A stretch of DNA of 64,000 nt from Lingula anatina (taxonomy: Eukaryota > Animalia > Brachiopoda): contig CM120640.1 in the NCBI GenBank assembly GCA_051362555.1, positions 32,383,967-32,447,966 on the forward strand, read 5' to 3'. Shown piece after piece: positions 62,701-64,000 of this stretch. Positions within the stretch are counted from its first letter, which is position 1. The number at the start of each line of letters is the position of its first letter. A program made the position numbers and the translations under genes. The notes beneath the pieces were generated by a model, which did no database searches, was not told the DNA's origin, and worked only from the letters and a program-made list of their open reading frames with translations.

Positions 62701-64000
62701 GACAACATTATCCATGATGTGATAGGGTGGCATGTGCATAACTGTGTTTTAACAACAAATTTATAAGATCAATTGTATAGCTTAATCAAGGTTTTGATTT
62801 CTGTTGAATAATAATTTTACCTTTCAGGAGTGGAAGATGCTTTCTGTGCTACATCCAAGGTTATGACAGTATCCTTCCATAAATATTCACCTGGGTTTTT
62901 CCCAGGTGTGTATGTCTCCTTAAGTACTAGATTAGTATAGATATTTTAAAAAATGGTCGAGTTTTGTTGTAACAATTGAGTTCTCCTCAATATTTTTAGC
63001 TTTATATTGCCAAATATTAATGCTCAGGATATTCAATTCATTTTTTTCTTCTGATATTATTATTATTATTATAATTTTTGTATCATGCATACAGGCACTG
63101 GCAACCTCTCTGACACAGGTATTGGAAAAGGAGCTGGTTACACTGTAAATGTGCCCCTCAATGAAGGATGCCAGGATGAATATTTTTATCGAGTGTTTGA
63201 AAAGTAGGTTTTATGTGCTCTTCTCAAGCCCACAAACTGTATTTTTATTTCAAGTTACATTTTTTGAATGCAAATGTATTTTTATTGTTTATATCTGTTA
63301 CCATATATATTATCTGTACCAATTTGGCATAATTGTTGATAGAGCTGTAGGGATATATCTTTCTCAATACTAACAGATTTTGGTCAACATTTCAGGGTCA
63401 TGGATATTGTTAAGATCAAATTTGATCCAGAAGCAGTTGTATGTCAGTGTGGTGCAGATGGTCTGGCAGGGGACCCCATGGACTCCTTCAACCTGACCAC
63501 CCTGTCTTTGGCAAAGTGCGTACAGTATTTACTCAATTGGAGTGTTCCATTGTTACTCCTGGGGGGTGGTGGGTATCATATTCCCAACACAGCCAGATGC
63601 TGGACACACATCACTAGTGTAGTGACTGGAACTAAACTGAGCAGTGATATTCCAGAACACAGGGTAGGTAGTGACTAGTTTAATGAATGGGCATCATTTC
63701 ATGGATGACCTGGGCTTTTTAAATTCTATTTGCTAGCTTTACTTTATATTTGCAACTCAAATGAAAAACATTGCTTTTTGGTATTTTTACAAATTAATAG
63801 GAGTGTGCAAGCTAAGGACAAAAATTAAGAGAAGAGTAGACAATTCTGATTAGAAAACACAAAATCACAAAAAAACTTATCCAGAATCATACCTAGACTT
63901 CAAATCAGTGTTTATTTCTCCAGTATTTTACACTCTATGGTCCAGACTATGATCTGATGATCTCTCCTGGAAATAGAGCTGATACCAATACTCCGTCTCA
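56598..64000 (+). CDS. HDAC8: Histone deacetylase 8 (class I HDAC), 9 exons, 3' end beyond window
   Basis: Exons: 56598-56783, 57127-57179, 61331-61467, 61820-61961, 62470-62582, 62828-62905, 63095-63203, 63396-63663, 63924-64000 (runs off the end). GT-AG introns, phases consistent. Motifs: [69 protein letters not shown] (HDAC8-type Met), LGGGGY and YGPDY. Confidence 0.96.
57127..57179 (+). CDS. HDAC8: HDAC8 coding exon 2
   Basis: [17 protein letters not shown]; TTTTAG acceptor, GTAATT donor. Confidence 0.92.
57367..61211. mobile_element. Non-autonomous P-superfamily-like DNA transposon (3845 bp) in HDAC8 intron 2
   Basis: Perfect 31-bp TIRs CAAGGAGTTATAACAGAAGGAGATTACACGC (57367-57397; inverse 61181-61211). 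7-bp TSD ATTATAT (57360-57366, 61212-61218). CANRG start and 7-8 bp TSD are typical of P elements. No recognisable transposase ORF. Confidence 0.85.
61331..61467 (+). CDS. HDAC8: HDAC8 coding exon 3
   Basis: [24 protein letters not shown]...EEFGL. Confidence 0.94.
61820..61961 (+). CDS. HDAC8: HDAC8 coding exon 4
   Basis: [21 protein letters not shown]...[11 protein letters not shown]. Confidence 0.95.
62470..62582 (+). CDS. HDAC8: HDAC8 coding exon 5
   Basis: [19 protein letters not shown]...[10 protein letters not shown]. Confidence 0.95.
62828..62905 (+). CDS. HDAC8: HDAC8 coding exon 6
   Basis: [25 protein letters not shown]. Confidence 0.95.
63095..63203 (+). CDS. HDAC8: HDAC8 coding exon 7
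   Basis: [35 protein letters not shown]. Confidence 0.95.
63396..63663 (+). CDS. HDAC8: HDAC8 coding exon 8
   Basis: [28 protein letters not shown]...[15 protein letters not shown]...DIPEHR. Confidence 0.95.
63924..64000 (+). CDS. HDAC8: HDAC8 coding exon 9 (truncated by window end)
   Basis: [25 protein letters not shown]; acceptor TTTCTCCAG. Confidence 0.92.

Overview
AT-rich, intron-containing animal genomic DNA. The repeat types and GPCR family suggest a lophotrochozoan invertebrate such as a mollusc, but that is inference. It has three protein-coding genes. (1) An intronless-CDS class A (rhodopsin-like) orphan GPCR on the minus strand (4369-5532). (2) A complete 15-coding-exon CTP synthase on the minus strand (31169-55326, 595 aa) with an 11.4-kb last intron. 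(3) HDAC8 on the plus strand, head-to-head with CTPS (56598 to the window end, 9 exons, 3' end truncated). The non-coding DNA holds several elements defined by structure: three PIF/Harbinger-type MITEs with TAA target duplications, a hAT-like MITE, and old fold-backs. There is also a ~3-kb Helentron-type non-autonomous element in CTPS intron 6 carrying a 146-bp satellite dense in AGGTCA nuclear-receptor motifs, and a 3.85-kb P-like element with perfect 31-bp TIRs and a 7-bp TSD in HDAC8 intron 2. CpG is visibly depleted over the CTPS gene body relative to the GPCR side. I found no clearly new multi-gene system. The best leads are the nuclear-receptor-motif satellite, the CTPS/HDAC8 bidirectional promoter and the P-like element.
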